This document shows, in pieces, positions 38,415 through 48,840 of a stretch of 64,000 bases of DNA (its first letter is position 1; every line of letters begins with the position of its first letter). Under the pieces are notes generated by a model, which did not search any database, was not told where the DNA came from, and saw only the letters and a program-made list of their open reading frames with translations. Source of the DNA: Alphaproteobacteria bacterium. GTDB taxonomy: Bacteria > Pseudomonadota > Alphaproteobacteria > UBA7887. Location of the stretch: NCBI GenBank assembly GCA_965201155.1, contig OZ241752.1, forward strand, positions 2,127,047 to 2,191,046, written 5' to 3'. Both the position numbers and the translations under genes were made by a program.

Positions 38415-40160
38415 TCAGTGCCATGCTCCCTTGAGGAGTTGGCCGGGTGCGGCCCCGGTCGGCTCGCCGTCAACCAGCGTCACGACGCCGTTGACGATGG
38501 TCATCGCGATCCCGTCCGCCTTCTGTACGAGACGGCGGGCGCCGCCGGGCAGGTCGCTCTCCACCGTTGGCAAACGCGGTTTGATCGCCTTTTCGTCGAA
38601 CAGGACCAGGTCGGCGGCGTAGCCGCGGCGCACCAGCCCCCGGTCCGGCAGCTCCCAGGCGCGGGCATTGTCGAAGGTCAGCATGCGTACCGCCTGCTCC
38701 AGTGTGAAAGCCTCGCGGTTGCGCACCCAGTAACTCAGCATATGCGTTTGCAGCGACGACCCCATCTCCTGACAGACATGGGCGCCTGAGTCGGAAAATG
38801 TCGCCAGCGTGCGCGGGTGTTCCAGCATTCCGTGCACCGCCGACGGCGTCTCATTGACCAGCGGCTGGACGAAAATCTGGTCTTCATTCTCGAGCATGAG
38901 GTCCATCATCACCGCTACCGGATGTGCGCCGAACCTGCGCGCCAGTTCGCCAACCGTCGGGTCGTCCCAGTCGGTACCGCGCAGCGCGAACAGATTTTCG
39001 TAGTCCGGCTTGCGCGGGTCGGTGGTGGCGGCGCCGCCGCCCTGGAACTCATCGGCGCCCAGCGGCTTCATGCGGCCTTCCTCGGCGATCAGCTGCACGC
39101 GGGTGTCCGGGTCCGCCAGCGCGTGCTTCTGCTGTTCCAGCGATTGCCCGCGCAGCGCCTGCCAGGCGGGAAGGCCGTCAAACGGCAAATAGGACTTCAG
39201 CGAGAAAATGGCGTTGATCGAACGTGTCGTGGTCTGGCCGAAAATGCGCCCGCCGGCGGCGGAGGTGTCGTCGATATATTCCAGCAATGCCTGCCAGGGC
39301 AGGGGATCGATGCCCTGGCGCGTGGCGATGGTGCCGAACATGACCGGGCGGCCGCTCGCCAGCGTTATCTCGCGCAAATCCTGGAGAAATGCTCGCTGCG
39401 CCGCTCCGCTGGAAACATCCGGGCCGATCTGGAAGACGCCCGCGTTCAGCTCAGCCATCGCCGCCACCAGCATCTCGATCTCGCGCCATTCGGCGATGCG
39501 GCTGGGAACCGGCGTGCCGTCCGGCGTGACGTGGGTGGTGGCGCGCGAGGTGGAAAAACCCATCGCGCCCGCGCGCAGCGCATCCTGCACGGCGAAGTGC
39601 ATGGCTGCGAGATCGTCTTCGGTCGCTGCCTCGCTGAGCGCGCGCTTGCCCATGACGAACATACGCAGCGCCGAATGGCCGATATAAGAGCCGTAATTGA
39701 TGCCTTTCGGCAAATTCGCAACCGTGTCCAGATAGTCCGGGAAACTTTCCCACGTCCAGTCGATGCCGGTCATCATGGCGGAGGTAGGGATGTCCTCCAC
39801 CGCTTCCAGGCAGCGCGCGATCCATTCACGCTCCGGCGCCCGGCACGGCGCGATCGCGAAGCCGCAATTTCCCATGATCACGCTGGTGACACCGTGCCAA
39901 CAGGAGCAACTGCCCAGGGGGTCCCACGCAACCTGCGCGTCCATATGGGTGTGGCCGTCAATGAATCCGGGCGCGAGCACCAGCCCGTCCGCGTCAACGG
40001 TGTGCTCGGCCGCCGTCCTGATGCGGCCGATTTCGGCAACACGTCCGTCGGCGACGCCGATATCGGCGCGGTATCGCGGCGCGCCGGAACCGTCCACCAC
40101 GGTGGCGCCGCGGACAAGCAGATCGAGGCTCATTGCGTTCTCCCTGCGCTGTGGCGCCAT
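38415..40160 (-). CDS. N-acyl-D-amino-acid deacylase (D-aminoacylase) family amidohydrolase
   Basis: The track ORF is 581 aa. The likely start is Met-10 (MSLDLLVRGATVVDGSGAP..., 40133). Metal-binding PGFIDGHTH and the overall D-aminoacylase layout. Confidence 0.8.
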   Translation of the reverse strand: MAPQRRENAMSLDLLVRGATVVDGSGAPRYRADIGVADGRVAEIGRIRTAAEHTVDADGLVLAPGFIDGHTHMDAQVAWDPLGSCSCWHGVTSVIMGNCGFAIAPCRAPEREWIARCLEAVEDIPTSAMMTGIDWTWESFPDYLDTVANLPKGINYGSYIGHSALRMFVMGKRALSEAATEDDLAAMHFAVQDALRAGAMGFSTSRATTHVTPDGTPVPSRIAEWREIEMLVAAMAELNAGVFQIGPDVSSGAAQRAFLQDLREITLASGRPVMFGTIATRQGIDPLPWQALLEYIDDTSAAGGRIFGQTTTRSINAIFSLKSYLPFDGLPAWQALRGQSLEQQKHALADPDTRVQLIAEEGRMKPLGADEFQGGGAATTDPRKPDYENLFALRGTDWDDPTVGELARRFGAHPVAVMMDLMLENEDQIFVQPLVNETPSAVHGMLEHPRTLATFSDSGAHVCQEMGSSLQTHMLSYWVRNREAFTLEQAVRMLTFDNARAWELPDRGLVRRGYAADLVLFDEKAIKPRLPTVESDLPGGARRLVQKADGIAMTIVNGVVTLVDGEPTGAAPGQLLKGAWH

Positions 40161-40226
40161 TGCCGATGGCGGCGTCAGGGCGCCCTTGCGCCGATCATAG
40201 ACGAATGTGCGAAGAAATGCCCGCGC

Positions 40227-41003
40227 TCAGCCGCTGCGGCGCGCGCCGCGCAGGCGGTCCAGAAGTCCGGCAGGCGCGCCGCCTCCCCCCTGGGCCTGCA
40301 CCACCTCGCCATGGCTCTTGCATGAAGGTTCGGCAAGCGCGACGAAACAGTCCGTGATCATCTCCGGAGTGGGCAGGGTGTCCGGGTCTTCCCCCGGCAT
40401 GGCGCGGGCCCGCATTCCGGTGCGCACGACGCCGGGGTCCACGATATTCACGCGTATCGCTGTCTTGCTCACTTCCTCGGCATAGATGCGCGCCAGCATT
40501 TCCAGCCCCGCCTTGCTCACGGCATAAGCGCCCCAATAGGCGCGGGGACGGTGGCCGACGCCCGAGGTAACGAACATGGCGCGCCCTGCATCCGATTGCC
40601 TGAGCAGCGGGTCGACACTGCGCAACACGCGCCAGTTGGCGTTCAGGTTGACATCGATCACGCGGTTCCAGTCATGCGGACGCACATGGCCCAACGGCGT
40701 GAGATTGGTAAGCAGCGCCGCATTGCCGACAAGCACATCCAGCCGCGCGTGGCGTTCCGCCAGCATGCCGCCCAGCCGGTCCAGCGCCGCGCCGTCGGTA
40801 ATGTCGGTCGGCACCATGGTGCAGGCGCCGCCGGCATCGGTGATGCGCGTTCCCAGCGCCGCCAGCGCTTCCCGATTGCGCGCCAGCGCATAGACATGCG
40901 CCCCTTCCGCCGCAAAACGCGCCGCTACCGCTGCGCCGATCCCGCGCGATGCGCCGGTGACAAGGGCGATGCGCCCGGAAAGGCGGGGTGTCGGGTTGTT
41001 CAT
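40227..41003 (-). CDS. SDR family oxidoreductase
   Basis: 258 aa. TGASRGIG, NAA, YAVSKAG motifs. Confidence 0.8.
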   Translation of the reverse strand: MNNPTPRLSGRIALVTGASRGIGAAVAARFAAEGAHVYALARNREALAALGTRITDAGGACTMVPTDITDGAALDRLGGMLAERHARLDVLVGNAALLTNLTPLGHVRPHDWNRVIDVNLNANWRVLRSVDPLLRQSDAGRAMFVTSGVGHRPRAYWGAYAVSKAGLEMLARIYAEEVSKTAIRVNIVDPGVVRTGMRARAMPGEDPDTLPTPEMITDCFVALAEPSCKSHGEVVQAQGGGGAPAGLLDRLRGARRSG

Positions 41004-41021
41004 GTTTGTTGTTCCGGCAGG

Positions 41022-42476
41022 TCAGGCGTGGGCGGCGAGCAGCGACAATTGGTGTGTTTCCTGCCCGTCTTCGCTGTCTCGGAGCGGGATGGGATAAGCG
41101 CCGGTGAAGCAAGCGTCGCAAAATTGCGGCGCTTCGGTATTCCGGCGCGCCTGCCCCATGGCGCGGTACAACCCGTCGATCGAAATGAAAGCGAGACTGT
41201 CAACGCCAATATGGCGCGCCATCTCCGCGAGGTTCATTTGCGAGGCCAGCAATTGTTCCCGGTTCGGAGTATCGACGCCGTAAAAACACGAATGCGTGGT
41301 TGGAGGACTCGCAATCCGCATGTGCACTTCGGTCGCGCCCGCACGGCGCACCATCTCCACGATCTTGATCGAGGTGGTGCCGCGCACGATCGAGTCATCC
41401 ACCAGCACCACGCGCTTGCCGGACAGTATGGCGCGATTGGCGTTGTGCTTCAGTTTCACGCCCAGATGACGTATGGAGTCCGTGGGCTCGATAAAGGTTC
41501 GCCCCACATAGTGATTGCGAACGATGCCGATCTCGAACGGCAACCCTGCTTCCTCGGCATAGCCGATTGCCGCCGGAACGCCGGAATCCGGCACCGGCAC
41601 CACGACATCGGCCGGCGCCCGTTTTTCGCGCGCAAGTTCGGCGCCGATATGCTTGCGCGCCGAATAGACATTGCGATTTTCGACAATGCTATCCGGTCGC
41701 GAGAAGTAGATATATTCGAAAATGCAGAAACGCTGCGCTGCGGGAGCAAACGGCATCAAGCTGTGCAGGCCTTCGTGATCGGCAATGACGATTTCGCCCG
41801 GGCGTACTTCCCGCACGAATTCCGCGCCGATGATGTCCAGCGCGCAGGATTCGGACGCGAAAATCGTGCTCCCGTCCAGACGCCCGATCTGCAGCGGGCG
41901 TACCCCGTGCCGGTCGCGGGCGGCGATCAGCGCCCGCTCGGTCAGAAGAACCAGTGACCACGCGCCGAGAACCTGCCGCAATGCATCAATGAGACGATGG
42001 ACGAACGGCCCCTCGCTGCTGGTGGCGATCAGATGGACGATCACCTCCGTGTCCATTGTGGACTGAAAGATGCAGCCCCGGCTCACCAGCTCGCGGCGCA
42101 GGGTCAGCGCGTTGGTCAGGTTCCCGTTATGCGCCATGGCGAGGCCGCCAGCCGCCAGGTCGGCAAAAATGGGCTGCACATTGCGCAGCATCAGTTCGCC
42201 CTGGGTCGAGTAGCGCACATGGCCGATGGCATGGTCGCCGCCGAGTTTTCCCATTGTCGCGCGGTCGCTGAACTCGTCGCCGACCTGGCCGAGGCTGCGC
42301 TGGGAGTGAAACGCCTGTCCGTCGAAACTCACGATCCCCGCGGCTTCCTGACCCCGGTGTTGAAGCGCGTGCAGGCCGAGGGCAGTGTGCGCCGCTGCAT
42401 CCGGATGTCCGAACATGCCGAACACGCCGCATTCCTCGCGCAGCGTGTCGCCGTCCCACGGTGCATGGCGCTTCAT
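41022..42476 (-). CDS. purF: Amidophosphoribosyltransferase
   Basis: Start at the internal Met (MKRHAPWDGDTLREECGVFGMFGH), giving 485 aa with a short propeptide before the catalytic Cys. PRTase motif (VLVDDSIVRGTTS). Cys cluster for the Fe-S centre. Confidence 0.9.
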   Translation of the reverse strand: MKRHAPWDGDTLREECGVFGMFGHPDAAAHTALGLHALQHRGQEAAGIVSFDGQAFHSQRSLGQVGDEFSDRATMGKLGGDHAIGHVRYSTQGELMLRNVQPIFADLAAGGLAMAHNGNLTNALTLRRELVSRGCIFQSTMDTEVIVHLIATSSEGPFVHRLIDALRQVLGAWSLVLLTERALIAARDRHGVRPLQIGRLDGSTIFASESCALDIIGAEFVREVRPGEIVIADHEGLHSLMPFAPAAQRFCIFEYIYFSRPDSIVENRNVYSARKHIGAELAREKRAPADVVVPVPDSGVPAAIGYAEEAGLPFEIGIVRNHYVGRTFIEPTDSIRHLGVKLKHNANRAILSGKRVVLVDDSIVRGTTSIKIVEMVRRAGATEVHMRIASPPTTHSCFYGVDTPNREQLLASQMNLAEMARHIGVDSLAFISIDGLYRAMGQARRNTEAPQFCDACFTGAYPIPLRDSEDGQETHQLSLLAAHA

Positions 42477-42489
42477 GGCGGAATACTCC

Positions 42490-43194
42490 CTAACCGCGGT
42501 CCGGTTCGCCTCCGGTATCGTCAACGTCGTCCAGCGCATGGTCGAACAGGCGGCTGGGATCATCCTCATAGACCGGCTCGCCGCCGGCAGGCGCCGCCAC
42601 CGGCGGTTGCGCGACGCGCTCCGCTTCGGCATCCCCGTCCAGCAGGTCTCCGGCCCCCGGCACGCCGTCAGGGTCCAGCGCCGCCGGAAGCAAATCGAGC
42701 GGAACCGCACGCTCGATCATCGCCGCGGAATACTGTATCAGCGTGTAGGACGCGGCGCCGGTAAGCCACTCCGGTTCCTCCTCGCCAGTCTGGTTCCACA
42801 GCGAATACTTGCCGAGCAGGAACATCAGGGCGATCACCACCACACCGCGCGCGACGCCGAACAGAAAGCCCAGCGAGCGGTCCAGAGCGTTCAGGGGACT
42901 GGCTTTCACACGCGCCACGACCATGTGGATGATCAGCCAGAACACCCCCAGCAGCACGACAAACAGGCCGATGCCCGCGGCGAACGCCAGCACGGTCTCG
43001 TTGTTGATGTAGGGTTGCAGATAAGGCATCGCCACCGGGTGATAGGCCCAGGCAATCGCACCCGCGCCGACCCAGCCGGCAATGGCGAGGGCCTCGCGGA
43101 CAAACCCGCGAACAAAGGCGAAAAACGCCGACACCAGGACAATGCCCCCGCACGCCAGATCGACCGCCCCGACAGTGACTCCCTCGATTTCCAT
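42490..43194 (-). CDS. cvpA: CvpA family membrane protein (colicin V production protein)
   Basis: 234 aa. CvpA-like TM N-terminal half. Conserved cvpA-purF adjacency. Confidence 0.8.
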   Translation of the reverse strand: MEIEGVTVGAVDLACGGIVLVSAFFAFVRGFVREALAIAGWVGAGAIAWAYHPVAMPYLQPYINNETVLAFAAGIGLFVVLLGVFWLIIHMVVARVKASPLNALDRSLGFLFGVARGVVVIALMFLLGKYSLWNQTGEEEPEWLTGAASYTLIQYSAAMIERAVPLDLLPAALDPDGVPGAGDLLDGDAEAERVAQPPVAAPAGGEPVYEDDPSRLFDHALDDVDDTGGEPDRG

Positions 43195-43209
43195 CTGTCC
43201 CTGCCTGTT

Positions 43210-44586
43210 CTAGCGCGTCACGGCGCGGCGCACCGCGGGATCTCCGAACAACCTCGGGAGATCGCGCAGTTTCGCAACCTCAATCTGTTCGATTGCGGGC
43301 GCCCGCGCCGAATTTTGCGGCGGCACCAGCGCCCGTCCGAAACCGAGCTTGAGGGCTTCTTTCAGCCGCGTTTCCCCCTGCGTCACCGGCCTGACCTCCC
43401 CCGAAAGCCCGATTTCGCCGAACACGACCGCACCTTCCGGCGCCGGCGTGTCCGTGAGCGACGAGACCAGCGCGGCCGCAACGGCGAGGTCTGCTGCCGG
43501 TTCGGCGATGCGCAAGCCGCCTGCTACATTCAGATAGACTTCGCACCCGCCCAGGGCAAGGCCGCAGCGCGTCTCCAGAACCGCCAGAACCATGGCAAGC
43601 CGCGCCGAATCCCAGCCCACCACAGCGCGCCGCGGCATGGTCAGGGGCGACCGTGCGACCAGCGCCTCGATCTCCACGAGAACAGGGCGTGTTCCTTCCA
43701 TTCCCGCAAACACCACCGCGCCGCTGACAGGTTCCGCGCGGTCGGCGAGAAACAGGCCGGATGGATTGGCGACCTCCGCCAGCCCCTGGTCGGTCATGGA
43801 AAAGACACCGATTTCGTCAGTGGCGCCGAAACGGTTTTTCACCGCGCGCAAGATGCGAAACTGATGGCCGCGCTCGCCTTCAAAATACAGCACTGCATCG
43901 ACCATGTGTTCGAGAACGCGCGGCCCCGCAATTTGTCCGTCCTTGGTTACATGGCCGACGACCAACAGTGCCATGCCGCGCCGTTTCGCCACGCGAATGA
44001 GTTCCTGCGCCGACGCCCGCACCTGGCTGACCGTCCCCGGCGCGGAATCGAGAACATCCACATGCATGGTCTGAATGGAATCGATCACCAGCACCTGCGC
44101 CGCGCCGGGCGAATCCACGGTGGCGGCGATGTCGCGCGTCTCGGTTGCCGCCGCCAGCGCCACCGGCGCATCTGCCAGGCCCAGCCGGCGTGCGCGCAGG
44201 CCGATCTGGGCTTCCGATTCCTCCCCTGAGACGTACGCCGTGCTCACGCCGGCGCGGCCAAGCCGGGCCGCCATCTGCAACAGCAGGGTGGACTTGCCTA
44301 TGCCCGGGTCACCGCCCACCAGAACCGCCGAACCGGGCACAAGTCCGCCCCCCAGCACCCGGTCCAGTTCGGCTATTCCTGACGACAGCCGCGGTGCCGG
44401 CGGCGCGTCGACTGACAGATTGGTGAACGCCAGGCGCCGCCCGCGCGCAGTGCCCGCAGCCGGACCTTCGGCTTCCTCGACCACGCTGTTCCAGGCGCCG
44501 CAGGCCTCGCAGCGCCCTGCCCATTTGCCGTGCACCGCGCCGCATGTCTGGCAGACATGGCGGCTTCTGGCCGGCCGCGCCATCAA
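43210..44586 (-). CDS. radA: DNA repair protein RadA/Sms
   Basis: 458 aa. Zinc finger CQTCGAVHGKWAGRCEACGAWNS, Walker A GDPGIGKST, KNRFG motif, and a Lon-like C-terminal domain. Confidence 0.9.
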   Translation of the reverse strand: MMARPARSRHVCQTCGAVHGKWAGRCEACGAWNSVVEEAEGPAAGTARGRRLAFTNLSVDAPPAPRLSSGIAELDRVLGGGLVPGSAVLVGGDPGIGKSTLLLQMAARLGRAGVSTAYVSGEESEAQIGLRARRLGLADAPVALAAATETRDIAATVDSPGAAQVLVIDSIQTMHVDVLDSAPGTVSQVRASAQELIRVAKRRGMALLVVGHVTKDGQIAGPRVLEHMVDAVLYFEGERGHQFRILRAVKNRFGATDEIGVFSMTDQGLAEVANPSGLFLADRAEPVSGAVVFAGMEGTRPVLVEIEALVARSPLTMPRRAVVGWDSARLAMVLAVLETRCGLALGGCEVYLNVAGGLRIAEPAADLAVAAALVSSLTDTPAPEGAVVFGEIGLSGEVRPVTQGETRLKEALKLGFGRALVPPQNSARAPAIEQIEVAKLRDLPRLFGDPAVRRAVTR

Positions 44587-45359
44587 TTACGGCGCAACGC
44601 CATGCGAATCGGCCCGTCGGCGCGGCCATGCACAAACTGGTCGACAACGTCACTGCCGCTCGAGTCGATATCCGCAGTGGGGCCGCGCCAGACAATGCGC
44701 CCGCCAAACAGCATTGCGATCGAGTCGGAAATCTTGCGTGCGCTTGCCATGTCATGGGTGATCGACAATGCCGTGGCGCCCAGTTCGCGCACGCATTTCA
44801 CGATCAGGTCATTGATGATATCGGCCATGATGGGGTCGAGGCCGGTCGTCGGCTCGTCGAAGAACAGTATCTCCGGCTCGGCGGCAATGGCGCGCGCCAG
44901 GCCCACGCGCTTCTGCATGCCGCCGGACAGTTCGGCCGGGAACAGCCCGCCGATCTCCGGTCCCAGCCCCACCGCAGCCAGCTTTTCCATCGCCAGCTCA
45001 CGCGCCGCCCCGCGCTGGAGGCCGCGCCCCTGTATTAGCCCGAACGCCACATTCTCCCAGACCGGCAGGGAATCGAACAGCGCGCCGCCCTGAAACAGCA
45101 TGCCGAATTTGCGGTCCAGTTCGCTGCGTTCGGCGCGCGTCAGGCGCGTGGCCTCCACACCGTCCACCATGATGCGGCCCGCATCCGGGCGCAGCAGACC
45201 CAGAATGCATTTCAGCGTAACGGATTTGCCTGAGCCCGAACCGCCAATGACAACCAGGGACTCGCCGCGCGCCACATCGAGATCAAGACCATCCAGAACG
45301 GTATTCGTTCCGAATCGCTTGGTAACGCCTTCGAGCCGAACCAGGGGAGGTGAAGTCAT
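44583..45359 (-). CDS. mlaF: ABC transporter ATP-binding protein (MlaF/Ttg2A-like)
   Basis: Start at the internal Met (MTSPPLVRLEGVTKRFG), about 258 aa. Walker A GGSGSGKS, ABC signature LSGGMQKRVGLARA, Walker B ILFFDEPTTGLD. Its stop overlaps the radA start. Confidence 0.8.
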   Translation of the reverse strand: MTSPPLVRLEGVTKRFGTNTVLDGLDLDVARGESLVVIGGSGSGKSVTLKCILGLLRPDAGRIMVDGVEATRLTRAERSELDRKFGMLFQGGALFDSLPVWENVAFGLIQGRGLQRGAARELAMEKLAAVGLGPEIGGLFPAELSGGMQKRVGLARAIAAEPEILFFDEPTTGLDPIMADIINDLIVKCVRELGATALSITHDMASARKISDSIAMLFGGRIVWRGPTADIDSSGSDVVDQFVHGRADGPIRMALRRN

Positions 45360-46129
45360 TTGGCAAAAAACAGTTCTGTAATGAAATAATTGGTCACTAG
45401 GATCAGGATCGACGCCGACACAACGGCATTGGTTGCCGCCGCGCCCACACCTTGTGCGCCGCGCTGGCTGTGATACCCGTGATAGCACCCCATGAGCGCG
45501 ATGATCAGGCCGAATGCCGCCGCCTTGACCAGCCCGGAAATGACATCCAGCAACTCGAAGGTCTGCCACGTGGCCGAAATATAGGCGGCGCCGTTGAAGC
45601 CCAGCTTGTTGACGCCGACCAGATAGCCGCCCATGACGCCGATAATGTCGGCAACCAGGACCAGCAGCGGCAGCATGGTGACGCCGGCGATCAGCCGCGG
45701 TGCCACCATGTATTTGAACGGACTGGTGGACAGGGTGACCAGCGCGTCGATCTGTTCGGTGACGCGCATGGTGCCGATTTCCGCCGCCATCGAAGCGCCG
45801 ATGCGGCCAGCCACCATCAATCCTGTCAGCACCGGACCCAGTTCGCGGGTGATGGACACCACCACCACGGCAGGAATCGCGCTTTCAGCGCTGAAGCGAC
45901 TGAAGCCGGTATGACTCTGCAGCGCCAGCACCATGCCTGCAAACAGGCCGGTCATGCCCACCACGGGCAAGGAATAATAGCCGATATCGACCATTTGCCG
46001 CGCCACAAGGCGCGGGTAAAAGGGCGGGCGGACGCAATGGCTGATACCGGTGGCGGCGAACAGCGTCAGCCGCCCGGCGGCGCCCATGAACGCAAGAAAT
46101 ACTCGCCCGATCGCCGCCAGCGGGTTCAT
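45356..46129 (-). CDS. mlaE: ABC transporter permease (MlaE-like)
   Basis: Start at the internal Met (MNPLAAIGRVF...), about 257 aa. MlaE-type 5-6 TM pattern. Overlaps mlaF by 4 nt. Confidence 0.8.
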   Translation of the reverse strand: MNPLAAIGRVFLAFMGAAGRLTLFAATGISHCVRPPFYPRLVARQMVDIGYYSLPVVGMTGLFAGMVLALQSHTGFSRFSAESAIPAVVVVSITRELGPVLTGLMVAGRIGASMAAEIGTMRVTEQIDALVTLSTSPFKYMVAPRLIAGVTMLPLLVLVADIIGVMGGYLVGVNKLGFNGAAYISATWQTFELLDVISGLVKAAAFGLIIALMGCYHGYHSQRGAQGVGAAATNAVVSASILILVTNYFITELFFAK

Positions 46130-47256
46130 GACGCCGCTTCTCCCACATAATGGCGGGGGACGCGGCGTCCCAGCCCGGTCAGAAGTTCGTAACCGATTGT
46201 GTCGCTCATGGCCGCAAGATCGTCGACCGGGCAATCGGGGCCTATCAGTTCGACGGCCATGCCGGGCCGGCATACATTTTCGGGCAGCGCTGTTGCATCC
46301 AGCGTGATGAGGTCCATCGACACCCGCCCGGCAAGCGGCATGACGGCGCCTTTCGCCGGGCCGTCCACGACAACGGCGCGGCTGCGATTTCCCAGCCGGC
46401 GCGGATAGCCGTCCGCATAGCCTATGGGCACCGTGGCGATGCGGCTGTTTCGCCTTGCCCGCCAGCTTGCGCCATAACCCACCGTTGCCGGCGGCGCGAC
46501 TTCCCGCATCGCAACGATCCTTGCTTCAAGGCGCACCGCCGGCGCCATGGGATTGGGCGCCCCCGGCACCGGATTAATGCCGTACAGCGCCGCGCCCGGG
46601 CGCACCATGTCAAAATGAAATTTGCTTCCCAGAAATATACCCGAAGAATTCGCTAGGGAAAAAGCTGGTTCTTTCCATTGTTCACGCAAGTTCTGTATTG
46701 CTTGCAACTGAGCGGCGTTCAACGGATTTTCGGTTTCTTCAGCGGCAACCAGATGACTCATGATCAACCGCAGGCCAAGTCCTTCGAGCCATTGCGGCTC
46801 GCGGGCCAGGCGCGCGGCTGCCGAAGGTTCCAGCCCCAGCCGCGCCATGCCGGTGTCAATATGGACTGCCGCGGTGCGCGCTACACCGTCTGCGCGCGCC
46901 AGCGCCGCCCAGCGGACGATGGCGTCCAGATCATTGAGCATGGGTATCAGGCCGTGCCGCGCGAATTCGCGTTCCGAGCCGCCCAGCGCGCCGTTCAGCA
47001 CATAAACGGCAGCACGGGGCGCAATGCGCCGCGCCGCCCGGCCTTCATCCAGTGTCGCGACGAAGAATTCGCGACAGCCCTCGGCAGCCAGTGCCGTGAG
47101 CACGGGGCCCGCGCCGAGGCCGTAAGCGTCGGCTTTCACGACTGCGGCGAGGCGTGTGCCGGGGGCCAGCCGCGCCGTCAGGGTGCGATAATTCCGGCGG
47201 ATCGCGCCGAGGTCGATGATCAGACGCGCGCCCGCCCGCTCCCAGGCGCCGCTCAC
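46126..47256 (-). CDS. alr: Alanine racemase
   Basis: 376 aa. PLP-binding AVVKADAYGLG near the N-terminus. Overlaps the dnaB stop by 4 nt. Confidence 0.85.
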   Translation of the reverse strand: MSGAWERAGARLIIDLGAIRRNYRTLTARLAPGTRLAAVVKADAYGLGAGPVLTALAAEGCREFFVATLDEGRAARRIAPRAAVYVLNGALGGSEREFARHGLIPMLNDLDAIVRWAALARADGVARTAAVHIDTGMARLGLEPSAAARLAREPQWLEGLGLRLIMSHLVAAEETENPLNAAQLQAIQNLREQWKEPAFSLANSSGIFLGSKFHFDMVRPGAALYGINPVPGAPNPMAPAVRLEARIVAMREVAPPATVGYGASWRARRNSRIATVPIGYADGYPRRLGNRSRAVVVDGPAKGAVMPLAGRVSMDLITLDATALPENVCRPGMAVELIGPDCPVDDLAAMSDTIGYELLTGLGRRVPRHYVGEAAS

Positions 47257-48794
47257 CGCCCGGGAGCCGGCAGCCGGTCGCCGGACGCATAATTCCCGAA
47301 ACTGGTGGTGTCCGCGTCAAAACGGAGCCGGACATTGCCGATCGGTCCGTGCCGCTGCTTGGCGACCAGGACATCGCCAAGCCCGGCCGCTGCTTCGAAG
47401 CGCTGCTGCCATTGGCGGTAGCGCGCGTCGAACTTTTCCGCCGACTCGTCAGCGCGCTGCACAGGTTCCGCGCGCTCCAGATAATATTCCTCGCGATATA
47501 CGAACATCACGACGTCGGAGTCCTGCTCGATCGTACCCGAGTCACGCAGGTCCGAAAGCATGGGGCGCTTGTCCTCGCGCCCCTCCACGCCGCGGTTGAG
47601 CTGGCTCAGCGCGAGGACCGGCAAGTCGAGTTCCTTGGCGATGGCCTTCAGACCCTGCGTGATTTCGCTGATTTCCAGCACCCGGCTGTCATGGCGCCGC
47701 GATGCCCGCATCAATTGAAGGTAATCCACGACGATCAATGACAGGCCATGGCTGCGTTTGAGCCGCCGCGCCCGCGTACGCAGGGCGGGAATGGTCAGCC
47801 CCGGCGTGTCGTCGATGAACAGCGGCACCGCCGCAAGATCGCGGCTGGCGTCTACAAGCCTGGCGAATTCGTCATTGGACATCCTGCCGCGCCGCACATG
47901 GTCGGCGCGCAGCCCGGCCCGCATGGCGAGAATTCGTGTTGCCAACTGCTCGGCGGACATTTCCAAGGAGAAAAACCCTACCACCGCGCCGTCGACAGTG
48001 CGCTCCGTGCCTTGTTCATCAGCCTCGCGGCGATGGCTGCGTGCGGCGTTGAACGCGATGGTTGTGGCGAGCGCGGTCTTGCCCATGCCCGGCCGTCCGG
48101 CCAGCACCAGCAGGTCCGATGCGTGCAGCCCGCCCAGCAACTGGTCGAGATCAATCAGACCGGTGCCGACGCCGGACAGGCGGCCGTCACGCTGGTAGGC
48201 TGCCTCGGCCAGCAGCACGGCGTCGGTCAGCGCTTTCGATAACGGGCTGAAACCGCTCTCATTGCCGCCTTTTTCGGCCAGCTCGTAGAGGCGTGCCTCA
48301 GCTGCTTCGATCTGTTCCGACGCCGGTTCCTCGACGCGTGCGTCATAGGCTGTGCCGGCGACCTCCTCGCCGATGCGGATGAGGCCGCGGCGGATGCTGA
48401 GGTCGCGAATCACGCGCCCATAGTCGCCCGCATGGACAAGGCTGACCGCGCTGGCCGCCAGCCGTGACAGGTATCGCGCACCGCCAACGCTTTCCAGCGC
48501 GTCATCCGCCTCGAAAAACGCCTTCAACGTCAATGGGTCAGCGACTTGTCCGCGCGCGACCACATGCTGCACGGCGGCGAAAATGCGCCCGTGCACGGGG
48601 GCGTGAAAGTGATCGGAATCCAGAAACTCGGACACCCGGTCCAGACAGGCATTGTCGAGCAGGACGGCGCCGAGCAGCGCCTGCTCGGCTTCCACATTCT
48701 GCGGCAATTTCCGCAGCGCGAGGATGTTGTCAGCGGCTTCTGCCTCGGCTGCGGGCGCCGGTTCGGCGGCATGGGGGGCGGCAACCATGCCCAA
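47253..48794 (-). CDS. dnaB: Replicative DNA helicase
   Basis: 513 aa. Walker A GRPGMGKT, the RecA-like helicase C-domain, and an N-terminal primase-interaction domain. Confidence 0.9.
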   Translation of the reverse strand: MGMVAAPHAAEPAPAAEAEAADNILALRKLPQNVEAEQALLGAVLLDNACLDRVSEFLDSDHFHAPVHGRIFAAVQHVVARGQVADPLTLKAFFEADDALESVGGARYLSRLAASAVSLVHAGDYGRVIRDLSIRRGLIRIGEEVAGTAYDARVEEPASEQIEAAEARLYELAEKGGNESGFSPLSKALTDAVLLAEAAYQRDGRLSGVGTGLIDLDQLLGGLHASDLLVLAGRPGMGKTALATTIAFNAARSHRREADEQGTERTVDGAVVGFFSLEMSAEQLATRILAMRAGLRADHVRRGRMSNDEFARLVDASRDLAAVPLFIDDTPGLTIPALRTRARRLKRSHGLSLIVVDYLQLMRASRRHDSRVLEISEITQGLKAIAKELDLPVLALSQLNRGVEGREDKRPMLSDLRDSGTIEQDSDVVMFVYREEYYLERAEPVQRADESAEKFDARYRQWQQRFEAAAGLGDVLVAKQRHGPIGNVRLRFDADTTSFGNYASGDRLPAPGR

Positions 48795-48840
48795 ACATAA
48801 CCGACGTTCGACAATTTCATTCCGGCCCTGTGGGCCGCAT

